64,000 nt of DNA from Thermoplasmata archaeon (GTDB lineage Archaea; Thermoplasmatota; Thermoplasmata; Halarchaeoplasmatales; Halarchaeoplasmataceae): NCBI GenBank assembly GCA_003554965.1, contig PWHR01000020.1, positions 70,202 to 134,201 on the forward strand. The letters run 5' to 3'. The first letter of the stretch is position 1. The number at the start of each line of letters is the position of its first letter. Of this stretch, positions 47,098 through 57,398 are shown piece after piece. Below the pieces are notes generated by a model. It worked only from the letters and a program-made list of their open reading frames with translations, was not told the origin of the DNA and searched no databases. The position numbers and the translations under genes were made by a program.

Positions 47098-48645
47098 ATG
47101 GCTAAGGATGAGGAAAAAAGTCGTTTATATAAGCTAAAACCCTTGATCGATCGGATGCCTGCAGTTAAAGCTCCAGATGGACATGTCCATTTTCGACGCA
47201 AGATGTTTTGGCTTATATTTGTGCTCATCACTTACTTCCTCCTAACTAACGTTTTCGTGTATGGATTAGACCCAGCCGAAGGACTGGACATGTTCGAACA
47301 GTTCAGAGCTATCTTTGCAGGAGAGATGGGATCACTGGTCCATGTAGGTATAATGCCTATAGTCAATGCTTCCATCGTCATGCAGCTGTTCCAGGGAGCA
47401 GACATAATAAATCTAGATATGAAGGACCCAGATGATAAAGCGGTCTTTCAGAATATGCAGAAATTCCTGGTAATCATAATGATCCTTATCCAGGCCATAC
47501 CCCAGGTTTACGGATTCCTAGAGCCCGCCCCAGCTTTCATAGAAAATGTGGGACTTAATTGGGCCCGAGGATTGATAATACTCCAGATATTCATCGGAGG
47601 TTACTTCTTATTCCTTTTAGACGAGGTCGTATCAAAATGGGCCATCGGCAGCGGTATCAGCTTATTTATCGTTGCGGGTGTCGCTCAAGGCCTCTTCACC
47701 GGTCTGTTCAATTGGGCTCCCATCGAAGGTGGGGCTGGTGATACTATGCCTGCTGGAACCATACCTAGGGTGATAGAAGCCATGCGGGAGCAATCCGCTG
47801 CAGAGTTCGCTGGTGGCGGATTAGAAGGTTTATTAGTTTCACCCCCTAATCCAGTTATGGGATTGATTTTCACCATAGTAATTTTATTGATTGTTGCCTA
47901 TATAGAAGGTAGTCGGATAGAACTTCCCCTGGCACACGGCAGAGCTAGAGGTGCTAGAGGTCGCTATCCTATCAAGCTAGCTTACGCATCTGTTATACCT
48001 GTGATACTAGCTGCAGCACTTCTAGCGAACATCAATCTGTTCGCTATGCTCTTCCAAAACCACTTGGAGGGTTTCCCTGTATTAGGAGGTGCCGATTGGC
48101 TCGGTATTTTCCCTGAGGGGGAAACCCAACCAGTAGGAGGTGCAGTATGGTATATATCTCAGGTCGAGGGTCTACACGATTGGTTACTGCCCATCGTTTC
48201 AGAAAGATATGATTATATGCTCTCCCCAACTCCGGAGATAACCCATACTAGAGTCCAGATGGCGATCAGAGTTACCGGTTATTTCTTATTCATGGTGATA
48301 ACTTGTGTCCTTTTCTCAAAATTCTGGGTCAAGACTACCAATATGGATGCTGAATCTGTAGCCGAGCAGATACAGGAGAGCGGTATGCAGATCCCCGGAT
48401 TCAGGCGCGATCCTAGAGTGTTACAAAGGGTACTGAAACGATATATACCTACTATAACCACATTTAGTGGGCTCTTCATTGGAGGCGTTGCTGCTGGTTC
48501 TGATATGTTGGGCTCTGTCGGACACGCCACGGGTATAGCTCTGTTTCTAGCTGTCTCTATACTTACTCAACTGTATGAACAGATAGGAAAAGAACAGATG
48601 ATGGAGATGCATCCTGCATTGAGAGACTTCTTCGGAGAACAATGA
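47098..48645 (+). CDS. secY: Preprotein translocase subunit SecY
   Basis: Ten hydrophobic helices and the conserved position after L15. The ATG at 47098 is preferred over the GTG at 47089, which overlaps the rpl15 stop. Confidence 0.9.
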   Translation: MAKDEEKSRLYKLKPLIDRMPAVKAPDGHVHFRRKMFWLIFVLITYFLLTNVFVYGLDPAEGLDMFEQFRAIFAGEMGSLVHVGIMPIVNASIVMQLFQGADIINLDMKDPDDKAVFQNMQKFLVIIMILIQAIPQVYGFLEPAPAFIENVGLNWARGLIILQIFIGGYFLFLLDEVVSKWAIGSGISLFIVAGVAQGLFTGLFNWAPIEGGAGDTMPAGTIPRVIEAMREQSAAEFAGGGLEGLLVSPPNPVMGLIFTIVILLIVAYIEGSRIELPLAHGRARGARGRYPIKLAYASVIPVILAAALLANINLFAMLFQNHLEGFPVLGGADWLGIFPEGETQPVGGAVWYISQVEGLHDWLLPIVSERYDYMLSPTPEITHTRVQMAIRVTGYFLFMVITCVLFSKFWVKTTNMDAESVAEQIQESGMQIPGFRRDPRVLQRVLKRYIPTITTFSGLFIGGVAAGSDMLGSVGHATGIALFLAVSILTQLYEQIGKEQMMEMHPALRDFFGEQ

Positions 48646-48711
48646 TGTGTAGGTGCATGAAATATAACTCAAGAGGTGTAAACCATCAGTAACAAAGATG
48701 AGGAAGATGAA

Positions 48712-49392
48712 GTGGGAGTGGGCCAAGAGGAGGAGAGGCCTTCTTCTCAGAAACCCATTTTGAGTTTCCGGAGATTCATCTATATATTTCTAGGTTTGTT
48801 GGCATTGATGGTGATGTTCGACGAAAGTACTAGAGATGAGTTCGCTAGAGCCATTGGTATAGTTTTAGAACCTCTTGTTGGTTTTGGGGGAAATTATCCT
48901 ATTCTGACTTTGATGGGTGCGGGGATAATCATGATCACCATATCTACGGTGATCAGAGATCAGTTCATGGATTGGGTGGATATGGCCGAGAATCAAAAGA
49001 TCAGCAGTAAATTTCGAAAAGAACTGATGGAAGCTAAGAGAGCCAATAAGCATACAAAAGTCAAAAAGATGGAGGAGAAACAAGAAGAGATATCGAAGAT
49101 GTCCATGGCCTCGTTCAAACCTCAGCTTAAATCCATGGCTATCACCATGATCATCGTAATCTCTATTTTTGGATGGATCTGGCTTTTCCTAGAGGATATC
49201 CCAAGTGTATCATATTCTGTTCCTTGGGCTCTTAATGCTCAACTTACTAATCAGATAGCAGACTGGTGTTTCGTACCTTTCCCTCAGTGGATCGCTGTGA
49301 AGATGCTCATCAGCCTACCGTTCACTCAAGTCTTGATGGTTGTATTGAAGATGTATGACTTCAATAAACGGCTCAAGGAGGGAGAGACGTAA
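48712..49392 (+). CDS. DUF106-family membrane protein (archaeal YidC/Oxa1/EMC3-like insertase homologue)
   Basis: 3-TM protein with a charged coiled-coil loop (KFRKELMEAKRANKHTKVKKMEEKQEE). Conserved position between secY and cmk. Confidence 0.7.
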   Translation: MGVGQEEERPSSQKPILSFRRFIYIFLGLLALMVMFDESTRDEFARAIGIVLEPLVGFGGNYPILTLMGAGIIMITISTVIRDQFMDWVDMAENQKISSKFRKELMEAKRANKHTKVKKMEEKQEEISKMSMASFKPQLKSMAITMIIVISIFGWIWLFLEDIPSVSYSVPWALNAQLTNQIADWCFVPFPQWIAVKMLISLPFTQVLMVVLKMYDFNKRLKEGET

Positions 49393-49418
49393 CTTCTTTA
49401 AAGGTTTTTAATGAGGCC

Positions 49419-49955
49419 ATTATAACTATCAGTGGTCTTCCCGGCAGTGGAACATCTACGGCTGCGAAAAGATTGGCCGGTACTACAGGCATGGAGATCC
49501 TTTCTTCTGGAGAAGTTTTCAGGGATATGGCAAGAGAAAGTGACATGTCATTGGAGGAGTTTAGTCAACTCGCCGAAAAGGATGATGAGATCGATAAAAA
49601 GCTGGACAAAACCATGATCGATAGAGCTTCAAAAGGTATGATCCTCGAAGGTAGATTGACTGGACACCTACTCCACAGATCAGATAAAAGAGCATACAAG
49701 GTGTGGATAGATGCACCATTGGATGTAAGGGTCAAAAGGATAGCCGATAGAGAAGATCATCAAGACATCGAAAAGTTGAAGGAAAAAGTCATATCGAGGG
49801 AAAAGAGTGAAGCAAAACGGTACAAAGAATATTACGATATAGATATATCAGATACTTCTTTTTATGATATGATCATCGACTCCGTTGAGAACAGTCCAGA
49901 AGAGATAGTAGATAAGATCGTGGAAGGTGTAAGGGATGAAATATGTGAAAGATGA
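49419..49955 (+). CDS. cmk: Cytidylate kinase (archaeal CMP kinase); start codon ambiguous
   Basis: The P-loop ITISGLPGSGTST is encoded at 49422..49460, upstream of the first canonical in-frame start (TTG 49473). An in-frame ATT at 49419 would give MITISGLPGSG. The ATG at 49411 is out of frame. Confidence 0.6.
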   Translation: MITISGLPGSGTSTAAKRLAGTTGMEILSSGEVFRDMARESDMSLEEFSQLAEKDDEIDKKLDKTMIDRASKGMILEGRLTGHLLHRSDKRAYKVWIDAPLDVRVKRIADREDHQDIEKLKEKVISREKSEAKRYKEYYDIDISDTSFYDMIIDSVENSPEEIVDKIVEGVRDEICER

Positions 49956-50880
49956 AACTAACACCATCTCCAAATGGGGGGACTTTCCTTCAGAAAGAGA
50001 TTTGGGAGACGCTATAACCCGTTCTCTTCTGATAATAGATAAGCCAGAAGGGCCTTCAAGTCATCAGGTTTCCGCCTGGATAAAAAAAATATTCGATGAA
50101 AAAGCGGCTCACAGCGGTACACTTGATCCAAATGTTACGGGGGTACTGCCCTGTGGCATAGGTCACAGTGTGAGGATTTTGGATCTTCTTCATTCGGTTC
50201 CAAAGGAATATATCGCTGCGATGAAGTTCCATGGAAACGTAGATCGAAAAGAAGTTGAAGAGTTACTAGAAGAATTTACCGGTGAGATATATCAGACACC
50301 ACCTGTTAGATCAGGCGTGAAGAGAGAAAGGAGATCAAGAGTCATATATGATATAGAGCTGCTTGATTCAAAAAAGAGAGAGTATCTGATGAAAGTAAGA
50401 TGTGAATCTGGTACATACATCAGGACTTTATGCAAGGACATAGGCAAAGCCATGGGTCCAGGAGGCCACATGATGGAGTTGAGAAGGACCGAAGCAGGTG
50501 GTTTCAGAGAGAAGGACTCGGTGTACCTTCAGGATGCGAAGGACGCTTTTGAGTATCACAAAAAGGGAAAAGATGAGAGATTGAAAGATATATTGTTACC
50601 CTATGAAAGAGCTCTCGATATATTTCCCAAGATCAGGGTGAGAGATACCGCGGCTGGATCCATACTGAACGGAGCCGATCTTGCAGTTCCCGGAATATTA
50701 GAGATGGATACATTCAGTGAGCGAGATATGGTAGCTATAATTTCCGCAAAAGGCGAAGGATTAGCAGTCGGAGAAGCTCTAGATAAGGCCGAAAATATCA
50801 TGGAAAAAGAAAAAGGACTCGTCGTCAAGACAGAAAGGGTGTTCTCACCATCGGGAGAATATCCAAAGGCGTGGAAATGA
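49936..50880 (+). CDS. cbf5: H/ACA RNP pseudouridine synthase Cbf5 (TruB family + PUA domain)
   Basis: GTLDPNVTG catalytic Asp motif and a C-terminal PUA domain; 314 aa. Confidence 0.9.
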   Translation: MKYVKDETNTISKWGDFPSERDLGDAITRSLLIIDKPEGPSSHQVSAWIKKIFDEKAAHSGTLDPNVTGVLPCGIGHSVRILDLLHSVPKEYIAAMKFHGNVDRKEVEELLEEFTGEIYQTPPVRSGVKRERRSRVIYDIELLDSKKREYLMKVRCESGTYIRTLCKDIGKAMGPGGHMMELRRTEAGGFREKDSVYLQDAKDAFEYHKKGKDERLKDILLPYERALDIFPKIRVRDTAAGSILNGADLAVPGILEMDTFSERDMVAIISAKGEGLAVGEALDKAENIMEKEKGLVVKTERVFSPSGEYPKAWK

Positions 50881-50919
50881 ATTATATATCTCCTTTCTTT
50901 ACTCTTAGATAATTTATAT

Positions 50920-51004
50920 GCCGAGATAGCCTAGCCCGGCACGGCGCGAGATTGGAGATCTCGTGGTGCTCTGCACCACAGGGGTTCAAATCCCCTTCTC
51001 GGCG
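50920..51004 (+). tRNA. tRNA-Ser (anticodon GGA), class II with long variable arm
   Basis: Folded by hand. Acceptor GCCGAGA/UCUCGGC plus discriminator G, anticodon stem CGAGA/UCUCG with loop UUGGAGA (GGA), variable hairpin GGUGC-UCU-GCACC, and T-arm AGGGG-UUCAAAU-CCCCU. CCA is not encoded. Confidence 0.85.
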
Positions 51005-51016
51005 CTATTTTTTTAT
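51005..51016 (+). terminator. Oligo-T archaeal terminator after tRNA-Ser
   Basis: ctattttttta immediately 3' of the tRNA. Confidence 0.4.
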
Positions 51017-51078
51017 TGATTAAGGAAGAGTAAAAAAGAAAAGAAAAATATGAAATCTGTTCTTTCGTCTACCTCTCG

Positions 51079-52119
51079 TCATTCGGCTTCTTCCATACGC
51101 CTCTCAGCATATATGTCGGCAGCCTTCAGAGGTGTTATGTCTTTCTCTTTCGCTTCCTCGAACATCTGGAATAGCCTGTTCTCTATCTTTTCCGCGTCCT
51201 TTTTCGCCTTTTCAAGTGTATTACCCTGCAGTTCATTGTAGACAGCTAAAAGACCACCAGCATTTATCACATAATCCGGCGCGTAAATTATTCCTTTTTC
51301 TTTCAATTCCTCTGCATGCTCCCTTCTCTCCAATTGATTATTAGCGGCTCCGGCGATGATATCTGCTTTCAATTCATCTATAGTTTCATCGTTTATCACA
51401 CCGCCCAATGCGCATGGAGCGAAAACATCACACTCTTCGGAGTAAACATCTTCTATATCAACGGGTTCAACGCCTTTTTCAACCATCATCTCTAAGGCTT
51501 CTTCGTCAACATCGCTTCCTTTCACGTTTGCTCCGTCCTCTAAGAGCATTTCAGCCAATGTCTGACCAACTTTACCTAATCCTTGAATAAGGACCGTTAG
51601 ACCTTCTAAATTATCAGCGTCATAATCCTCATGCTCCTTCAAAGAAGCAATTATACCATGATATACTCCTTTAGCTGTTATCGGTGAAGGATCACCAAGA
51701 CCTTCCTCAAGACCAACAACGTGGTCGGTGTGCCGGGAAACTATAGCCATGTCTTTAGTTACGGTGTTTACATCTTCAGCCGTTATATATTTCCCGTCAA
51801 GTTCGTCTACCGCCTTTCCATATTCATCGAACAGTTCCTCCCCCTTCTCTTCGGGATCAGCCATTATGACCGCTTTGCCTCCACCTAGCGGGAGGTCTGC
51901 AGCGGCCGCTTTATAGGCCATACCTTTTGCTAGTCTTTTGACGTCCTCGAGTGCATCTTCTTCAGTATCATAATTCCAAAGTCTAGTCCCACCAAGTGCT
52001 GGACCCAAAGAGGTATCGTAGATCGCTATTATAGCGATATTTTCTTTCTCGGGAGATACCTCCAAATGCGCTTTGTACACGGCCTCATAGTCTTCGACAT
52101 CGATTTTTTCGATCCTCAT
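51079..52119 (-). CDS. Glu/Leu/Phe/Val dehydrogenase-family amino-acid dehydrogenase (short LeuDH/ValDH-like form)
   Basis: The catalytic region GGTRLW...LPLGGGKAV and a Rossmann GLGKVGQ were seen; 346 aa. Confidence 0.75.
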   Translation of the reverse strand: MRIEKIDVEDYEAVYKAHLEVSPEKENIAIIAIYDTSLGPALGGTRLWNYDTEEDALEDVKRLAKGMAYKAAAADLPLGGGKAVIMADPEEKGEELFDEYGKAVDELDGKYITAEDVNTVTKDMAIVSRHTDHVVGLEEGLGDPSPITAKGVYHGIIASLKEHEDYDADNLEGLTVLIQGLGKVGQTLAEMLLEDGANVKGSDVDEEALEMMVEKGVEPVDIEDVYSEECDVFAPCALGGVINDETIDELKADIIAGAANNQLERREHAEELKEKGIIYAPDYVINAGGLLAVYNELQGNTLEKAKKDAEKIENRLFQMFEEAKEKDITPLKAADIYAERRMEEAE

Positions 52120-52200
52120 ATTAAAACCTCCATTCAGTCTGCTCCAATTATTGCAAATATTTATATTTTCGGCCTAGTTTTCGTCCCGTGATAAAGCATC

Positions 52201-53703
52201 TCAACCGAAGAATTCTAACTTCTTTTTACTACCTCTTTCATCTTCAACTAGATCTTCGAACAGATCTATTTTTATCGGGACTGCAAATTTCGTGAAAATA
52301 CTGCTGACTATCGCTTCTCCTTTATCTAAACTAGCGATATTTTTACTGTCTTTCGAGAGGTCTTGGGCCGCGCTGCCTATGATAGCGTCTCTTTCACTCT
52401 TCATCTCGTTACCAAGTATGATCTTAGTATTCATATTAGCAAGTATCTCTCTCGGGATCATGCTAGAAAGCTGAGTGATCGCTATCAAACCCACCCTGAA
52501 TTTCCTACCCTCTCTTGCGATCTGGTGGAAAACATTCCTCCCAGCTCTCTCACCAAGAACCCTAGGAGCTTCTTCAATTACTATAGCCGCTGTAGGTTTA
52601 TCCTCTAATTCTCCTTTCTCTTTATAGGACTTATAATTCTTAAAAATCCTATCAGTTATGATGCCCGCTATCAGCAACTCTTTATCTTCTGGTAAAGAAC
52701 TAGTGTCTAGTATCACCTTTTTACCATCTTCGATTGATTTGGCGATGTCCCTTACCAGTGCTTCTGAGCCTTTATTCACGAATATATTGCCGTTAGGTCT
52801 AACTTCTTCATTCTTAACAGAAATATCAAATGCCAATCTCAATTTACGTTTCAGAGCGCTCAAAGTAGTTTCTCTAACTCCGTGAGAATCCGCTTCCTCT
52901 AGTGATGACGTCAAAAGATTTTCCAACCAATTTTTCCCGTATTTTCCATAATACACGTAAAGGGCCTGATTTTGAGCCTCGGTAATATCTACTATGCCTC
53001 TCAAGTCCCAAGGTCTCAAGATAGAAAGGTTGATCCTCAGGTGGTAACCTCCAGACGGAGGATCAGTAGAATAATATTCGATATTTTTTCCGGCTTCAGG
53101 ATGATCTTTTGCTCCCTTTTCATTCCTCCCATAGTATTCATCATGGGGATCTATTATGAGGAGGCCTGCGTAACCCTTTGGTATCAGATTCCAAAGCATC
53201 ACTTTTACTAGATTACTCTTACCTCTTCCCGTGGTTGCGGGGATCAATATGTGATGGGAAAGGGCTTCTTTACCGTTTATATGTATTGGGACCTCCAATA
53301 CTTGGCTTCCGCTTCTAACTTTTCCCAAGTATAGGCTGTCCTGGGGATCGTCCAAAAATTCAAAATCTTCTTTATTTACGCGCTCCAGATTTCCAAAAAA
53401 AGGAGGTAGAATTTTAGGTATACGAGGAGCTCCATCTTTTATCCTCACTAGAGGTTTAGCTTTTGCATAAATGTAATTTCTGATCTCTTCTTCCATCAGA
53501 GCTGTTTCTTCATAGCCCTCTAATTCCATCCCGCTCATCCTCTCTATATCGTTCTTCTCCAACAGAGATCCGTATTCTAAATCCAGTACCTGAAGGATAA
53601 GATCATCTATGGCTAAAAGATCACCTATCTCGATGGTCCTGCCGCTCTTCTGCCGGATAAGAACTTCTCCATATTCTCCACCAACTATCTGACCTATAGG
53701 CAT
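52201..53703 (-). CDS. herA: HerA-type FtsK/HerA-superfamily ATPase/helicase
   Basis: Walker [10 protein letters not shown], Walker [11 protein letters not shown] and a HAS-barrel-like N-terminus were seen; 500 aa. It lies adjacent to nurA. Confidence 0.75.
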   Translation of the reverse strand: MPIGQIVGGEYGEVLIRQKSGRTIEIGDLLAIDDLILQVLDLEYGSLLEKNDIERMSGMELEGYEETALMEEEIRNYIYAKAKPLVRIKDGAPRIPKILPPFFGNLERVNKEDFEFLDDPQDSLYLGKVRSGSQVLEVPIHINGKEALSHHILIPATTGRGKSNLVKVMLWNLIPKGYAGLLIIDPHDEYYGRNEKGAKDHPEAGKNIEYYSTDPPSGGYHLRINLSILRPWDLRGIVDITEAQNQALYVYYGKYGKNWLENLLTSSLEEADSHGVRETTLSALKRKLRLAFDISVKNEEVRPNGNIFVNKGSEALVRDIAKSIEDGKKVILDTSSLPEDKELLIAGIITDRIFKNYKSYKEKGELEDKPTAAIVIEEAPRVLGERAGRNVFHQIAREGRKFRVGLIAITQLSSMIPREILANMNTKIILGNEMKSERDAIIGSAAQDLSKDSKNIASLDKGEAIVSSIFTKFAVPIKIDLFEDLVEDERGSKKKLEFFG

Positions 53704-53720
53704 TTTATCTTCTCCTATTT

Positions 53721-54758
53721 TTATAATTCACTCAATCTTTCATGGGCATTTAGAGAGTTGACTTTGTACTTGAAAGAATCACTCATAACGTTATCCCCCA
53801 TGTTTCTGATATATTCGACCTCTTCGTCCGTGACCCTGGCCTTTTTGTCCGCATCGATCAGACCATAGGGATATCCTAAAAAGACCGGGTCACGGGATTG
53901 GAAAGCAAGATGACCCAAAACTTTCCCTATCTCTTCTTGGCTCATCTGATCATGGTTCTCTCTGTAAAATTCAGTCCTGAATGCATATCCCGATGAAGGA
54001 TGATATCTCACCACGTACATCTCTCCTTTATGGTCTGGATGAGAGTTATCGGCTATCGGATGATAATACCATCGTTCAGAGTTCATATCAGTTCCGTCTA
54101 CCATCGACTGAATAGAGGAGAGCAAGGGATATCCTGTGGTAGTTCTCAGTGAACTCGTTTTGGCCAATCCCATCAATATCACGTCATTTTCTTCTACGGA
54201 TCTGTATGCTCTTTCAGCGAGCTTTCTTTCCCTCTCCACCGAGGTCTGGAGTACACCATCTCTTACGACGATGTCCTCTGGACCTAGAAAATCCTCGGCA
54301 ACGTACTCAAGAGCTTCCCACTCTAGGTATTTCCTGATCGTATGGCCTGAAGTTATCGGATTTTCCTCCAATTCCTCATCTTTAAGAACGTAAGCAGTGC
54401 TTTGGAGCGGTAAAACATCGTTCTGAGGTTTTAATTCGCATTTTACCTCTCCATCTTCATATCTAGATACCAGTATCGTGGTGAAGGGATCGAAATTTTT
54501 CACTCTCTTTTTTCCCGAGAACAGATTGAAATAAACTTTTATCAGATGTATGCTGTCGGTAGGGGTCTCATATATCTTATTGTTCCCTCCATCTATGCAA
54601 CATACGATACTTTCATCCTCGATCATGTCGAAACTTTCTAGATTCTCTTCGGCCAATGGATAAGTTTCATAGTACTGATCCTGGCTGAAAAAAGGTTCAC
54701 CCCATTCTTCTGGAACCTCTGACAGGTCCTCCATGGCTTCGTATAAGTCTTCGAGCAT
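53721..54758 (-). CDS. nurA: NurA 5'-3' nuclease
   Basis: The NurA motifs VCCIDGG and MGLAKTSSL were seen; 345 aa, directly upstream of herA. Confidence 0.7.
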   Translation of the reverse strand: MLEDLYEAMEDLSEVPEEWGEPFFSQDQYYETYPLAEENLESFDMIEDESIVCCIDGGNNKIYETPTDSIHLIKVYFNLFSGKKRVKNFDPFTTILVSRYEDGEVKCELKPQNDVLPLQSTAYVLKDEELEENPITSGHTIRKYLEWEALEYVAEDFLGPEDIVVRDGVLQTSVERERKLAERAYRSVEENDVILMGLAKTSSLRTTTGYPLLSSIQSMVDGTDMNSERWYYHPIADNSHPDHKGEMYVVRYHPSSGYAFRTEFYRENHDQMSQEEIGKVLGHLAFQSRDPVFLGYPYGLIDADKKARVTDEEVEYIRNMGDNVMSDSFKYKVNSLNAHERLSEL

Positions 54759-54886
54759 CTTTTTTGTGATTTCAGAACCTTTACTTAAAGGTTGAGAACA
54801 GAGACTTAGTTGAAAGTTGTCATATCTCCTACTTTCACCACACCCCTCTCTTTAATTTTATATCGACGAAAACTCCTTGGTAGATA

Positions 54887-55912
54887 ATGGACTCTATCGA
54901 AAATAGATGCCTCATGGATCTATTGAACATCACCCAAAAGCATGATGATTGGTATCTATGGTACGGCATCACCCGAAGAAGAAAAGATAGTTTAGCTAGA
55001 TGTCCTTCACATCCTGGGAGTTTTTTTCACGCTCGAAACGAGTTCCCTCTTACACTTTTTATGCTCGGAAATATCGATCGTTGGAAGCAGGTCGATAATC
55101 TTCCTGAGAAACCTAGGAAAAATGATGACAACTCTTCTTTATCAAGATCTTTTTTCAAAAGAGAACGGAACTATTTTATAGACACTGAAGAGAATAATCT
55201 AGAGACTTCTCTTTGGGCATCTCCTTATATTTCGAAAAAAATAGGTCTGAAAAAAGAACCATCTAAAGAACCTCTACTTCTTTTCGAACTCGAAGGTGCG
55301 AGTCTAGCCCTACATCGAGAGAACAGAGAAAGCAGAAACAGTATCTCCTTTTTAGATGTATCAGATAAAAGAAGATGGGTACGATATGATGCTGTGCTGA
55401 TGTTTCCATCTGAAAAGCTTTTTGTCTTTTTTGAAGCAAAACACAGGGCTGACACGGATATGACTAGAAAAGATCCCGCAAAAGTGGGTCAGATAGTGAA
55501 AGGTTTGGAATCTGCCTACCTTTTGACAGAGCATGAAGATAGTGTGTATTGTGATTGGGATTTTCAGTACGTGGTCATCTTCCCTAAGATCCTAGATGAA
55601 TATGGGTTGACGAGTTATAGAAACGTAGTCGATGATCTAGGTGAACATCTGGTTAGGTACAACGATCTACTGAATAAAGTTTCGAAAGAAGACATCAACG
55701 AAAAAACCTATCCTGATTATTTCGGTAACTTTGTCAAAAAAGCTACAAAAAGAGTTTCTAAACTCTATTGGAATGAGTTAGGAGAGGCTTTAAAGATAGA
55801 AGATGAAAACTTTTTAGAAAGTTACTTTAAAAGATTAGAAAAGCTGAATCTTTCTATCAAAAGAGTGAAAAACATTCAAAGAAAACTTAGAGAAGTAGGG
55901 ATTAAACCTTGA
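54887..55912 (+). CDS. Hypothetical protein with putative PD-(D/E)xK nuclease-like core
   Basis: RYDAVLMFPSEKLFVFFEAKHR fits a D...ExK pattern. No other recognisable domain. It is divergent from nurA-herA with a 128-bp shared upstream region, and a TATA-like ttaattttatat lies ~25 nt upstream of the ATG. Confidence 0.35.
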   Translation: MDSIENRCLMDLLNITQKHDDWYLWYGITRRRKDSLARCPSHPGSFFHARNEFPLTLFMLGNIDRWKQVDNLPEKPRKNDDNSSLSRSFFKRERNYFIDTEENNLETSLWASPYISKKIGLKKEPSKEPLLLFELEGASLALHRENRESRNSISFLDVSDKRRWVRYDAVLMFPSEKLFVFFEAKHRADTDMTRKDPAKVGQIVKGLESAYLLTEHEDSVYCDWDFQYVVIFPKILDEYGLTSYRNVVDDLGEHLVRYNDLLNKVSKEDINEKTYPDYFGNFVKKATKRVSKLYWNELGEALKIEDENFLESYFKRLEKLNLSIKRVKNIQRKLREVGIKP

Positions 55913-55954
55913 AGATATTTGTTAGGGAGATCTCCAATCCATCTTCCTACTCTT

Positions 55955-57274
55955 TCAATCCTTCTTCTCTAATATCTCTATCACTTTCATATCAATAAAA
56001 GCCATCTCGTCTGATATCTTACCTATATTTTCTAGAGTTTCTTCAGCGGTCTTCCCGATTATGCCGTTATCATACGGTACCTTCAAACCCTTCAGTGCCA
56101 TCAGGCTGCTTTCCACGGCTTCACCCGCTGCCGTCGAGATCTTGAGCGCGCAGCCCTCCTTAGCTCCATCACATATCATACCGGTCACGTTCCCCGCAAG
56201 TATATTTATCGAATCTTTGATCTCTTCTGCTTTACCTCCCATCAGATAAGTGATGCCTGCCGCGGTTCCCATTCCGGCTTTTACTGAACAGCCACATAGT
56301 GCCGATAGATAGCTCGATCTTTCAGTTGAGAATTTGGTTACCTGATGTGCCAGCATAGCAGCCTCAGCCATCCTTCTTTTGCTGTACCCTTTTTCTTTAC
56401 CAACAACTCCTATCGGGACAAGGACTGTTATACCTTGATTTCCAGATCCCGATGTACTCATCACTGACTCATCTATCCCACCCATCCTAGCATCGGCAGC
56501 AGCCGCGGTTTTCATCTTAACCTTGTTTATGAGGTCATCAGAGAGTTCCCCGCTATCCATCATCTGTTTAATTTTTTTACCCACCTCGATACCGTATTTC
56601 TCTTGAAGGCCTATATCCGCCAATCTAGTGTTCATCTCTATTCCTTCATACACCCTTTTCTCCACTTTTTCATCTATATTTTTAGCCACCTCAACCATCT
56701 CCTCAATGGTCTCAGGTACTTTTACACCGTCTTCATCTCTCTCCATGGAATCATCTTTATAGAGTATCTTCCCGTTCACCTCTATGGAGTAAATGTGGTC
56801 ATGAAACTTTTTCAGTCTAACATTAGACTTATTAATCTCGTCTTCCTCTTCATACTCTAGTTCCACCTCGATATCGAACTCTGATTTGTCCTTTACTTCA
56901 ACCACGCTTATCTTGTTTGATTCTTTTATCTTTCTTGCATCCTTCAATAATTCATCGTTGACATCTTTGAATAGATCCAGTTCGTTTTCTGGGTCTAGAT
57001 AAACTCCCATCGCCGCCGAGATATCTACTCCCTTCTCTCCATCAGTTCCCGGAACAGGGATAGAGAATGCATTTTTGTAAACACCTTTCCCGATACGGAG
57101 TTTGATCGCCTTCAGAGGATCAGGCCCTGTTCGTGGTACTTCTCCTGTCGATCTATCTGGCAGATTTCCGAAGATAGAATTGTATGCAAGGGATACAGCG
57201 TAACCTATAGCTACAGGTTCCGTACAACCTGTCGCTGGCTTCACGTTCTCATCAAGAAATCTTTCGGTGTTCAT
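55955..57274 (-). CDS. Serine-dehydratase-like / L-cysteine desulfidase family protein (COG3681/UPF0597-like)
   Basis: N-terminal ATGCTEPVAIGYA motif and a Gly-rich C-terminal half (GSGNQGITV, AGMGTAAG). Family recalled, not searched. Confidence 0.45.
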   Translation of the reverse strand: MNTERFLDENVKPATGCTEPVAIGYAVSLAYNSIFGNLPDRSTGEVPRTGPDPLKAIKLRIGKGVYKNAFSIPVPGTDGEKGVDISAAMGVYLDPENELDLFKDVNDELLKDARKIKESNKISVVEVKDKSEFDIEVELEYEEEDEINKSNVRLKKFHDHIYSIEVNGKILYKDDSMERDEDGVKVPETIEEMVEVAKNIDEKVEKRVYEGIEMNTRLADIGLQEKYGIEVGKKIKQMMDSGELSDDLINKVKMKTAAAADARMGGIDESVMSTSGSGNQGITVLVPIGVVGKEKGYSKRRMAEAAMLAHQVTKFSTERSSYLSALCGCSVKAGMGTAAGITYLMGGKAEEIKDSINILAGNVTGMICDGAKEGCALKISTAAGEAVESSLMALKGLKVPYDNGIIGKTAEETLENIGKISDEMAFIDMKVIEILEKKD

Positions 57275-57398
57275 AGGTAGTGGAAAAGAGAGTATTTATA
57301 AATAATTAACTTCATAATTCTATTTACCTCACCGTATCTAAAAGACTTTTTAAACAATGTTTTTAATATACATCATTGAAAGGGAGAAGAAGATAATC

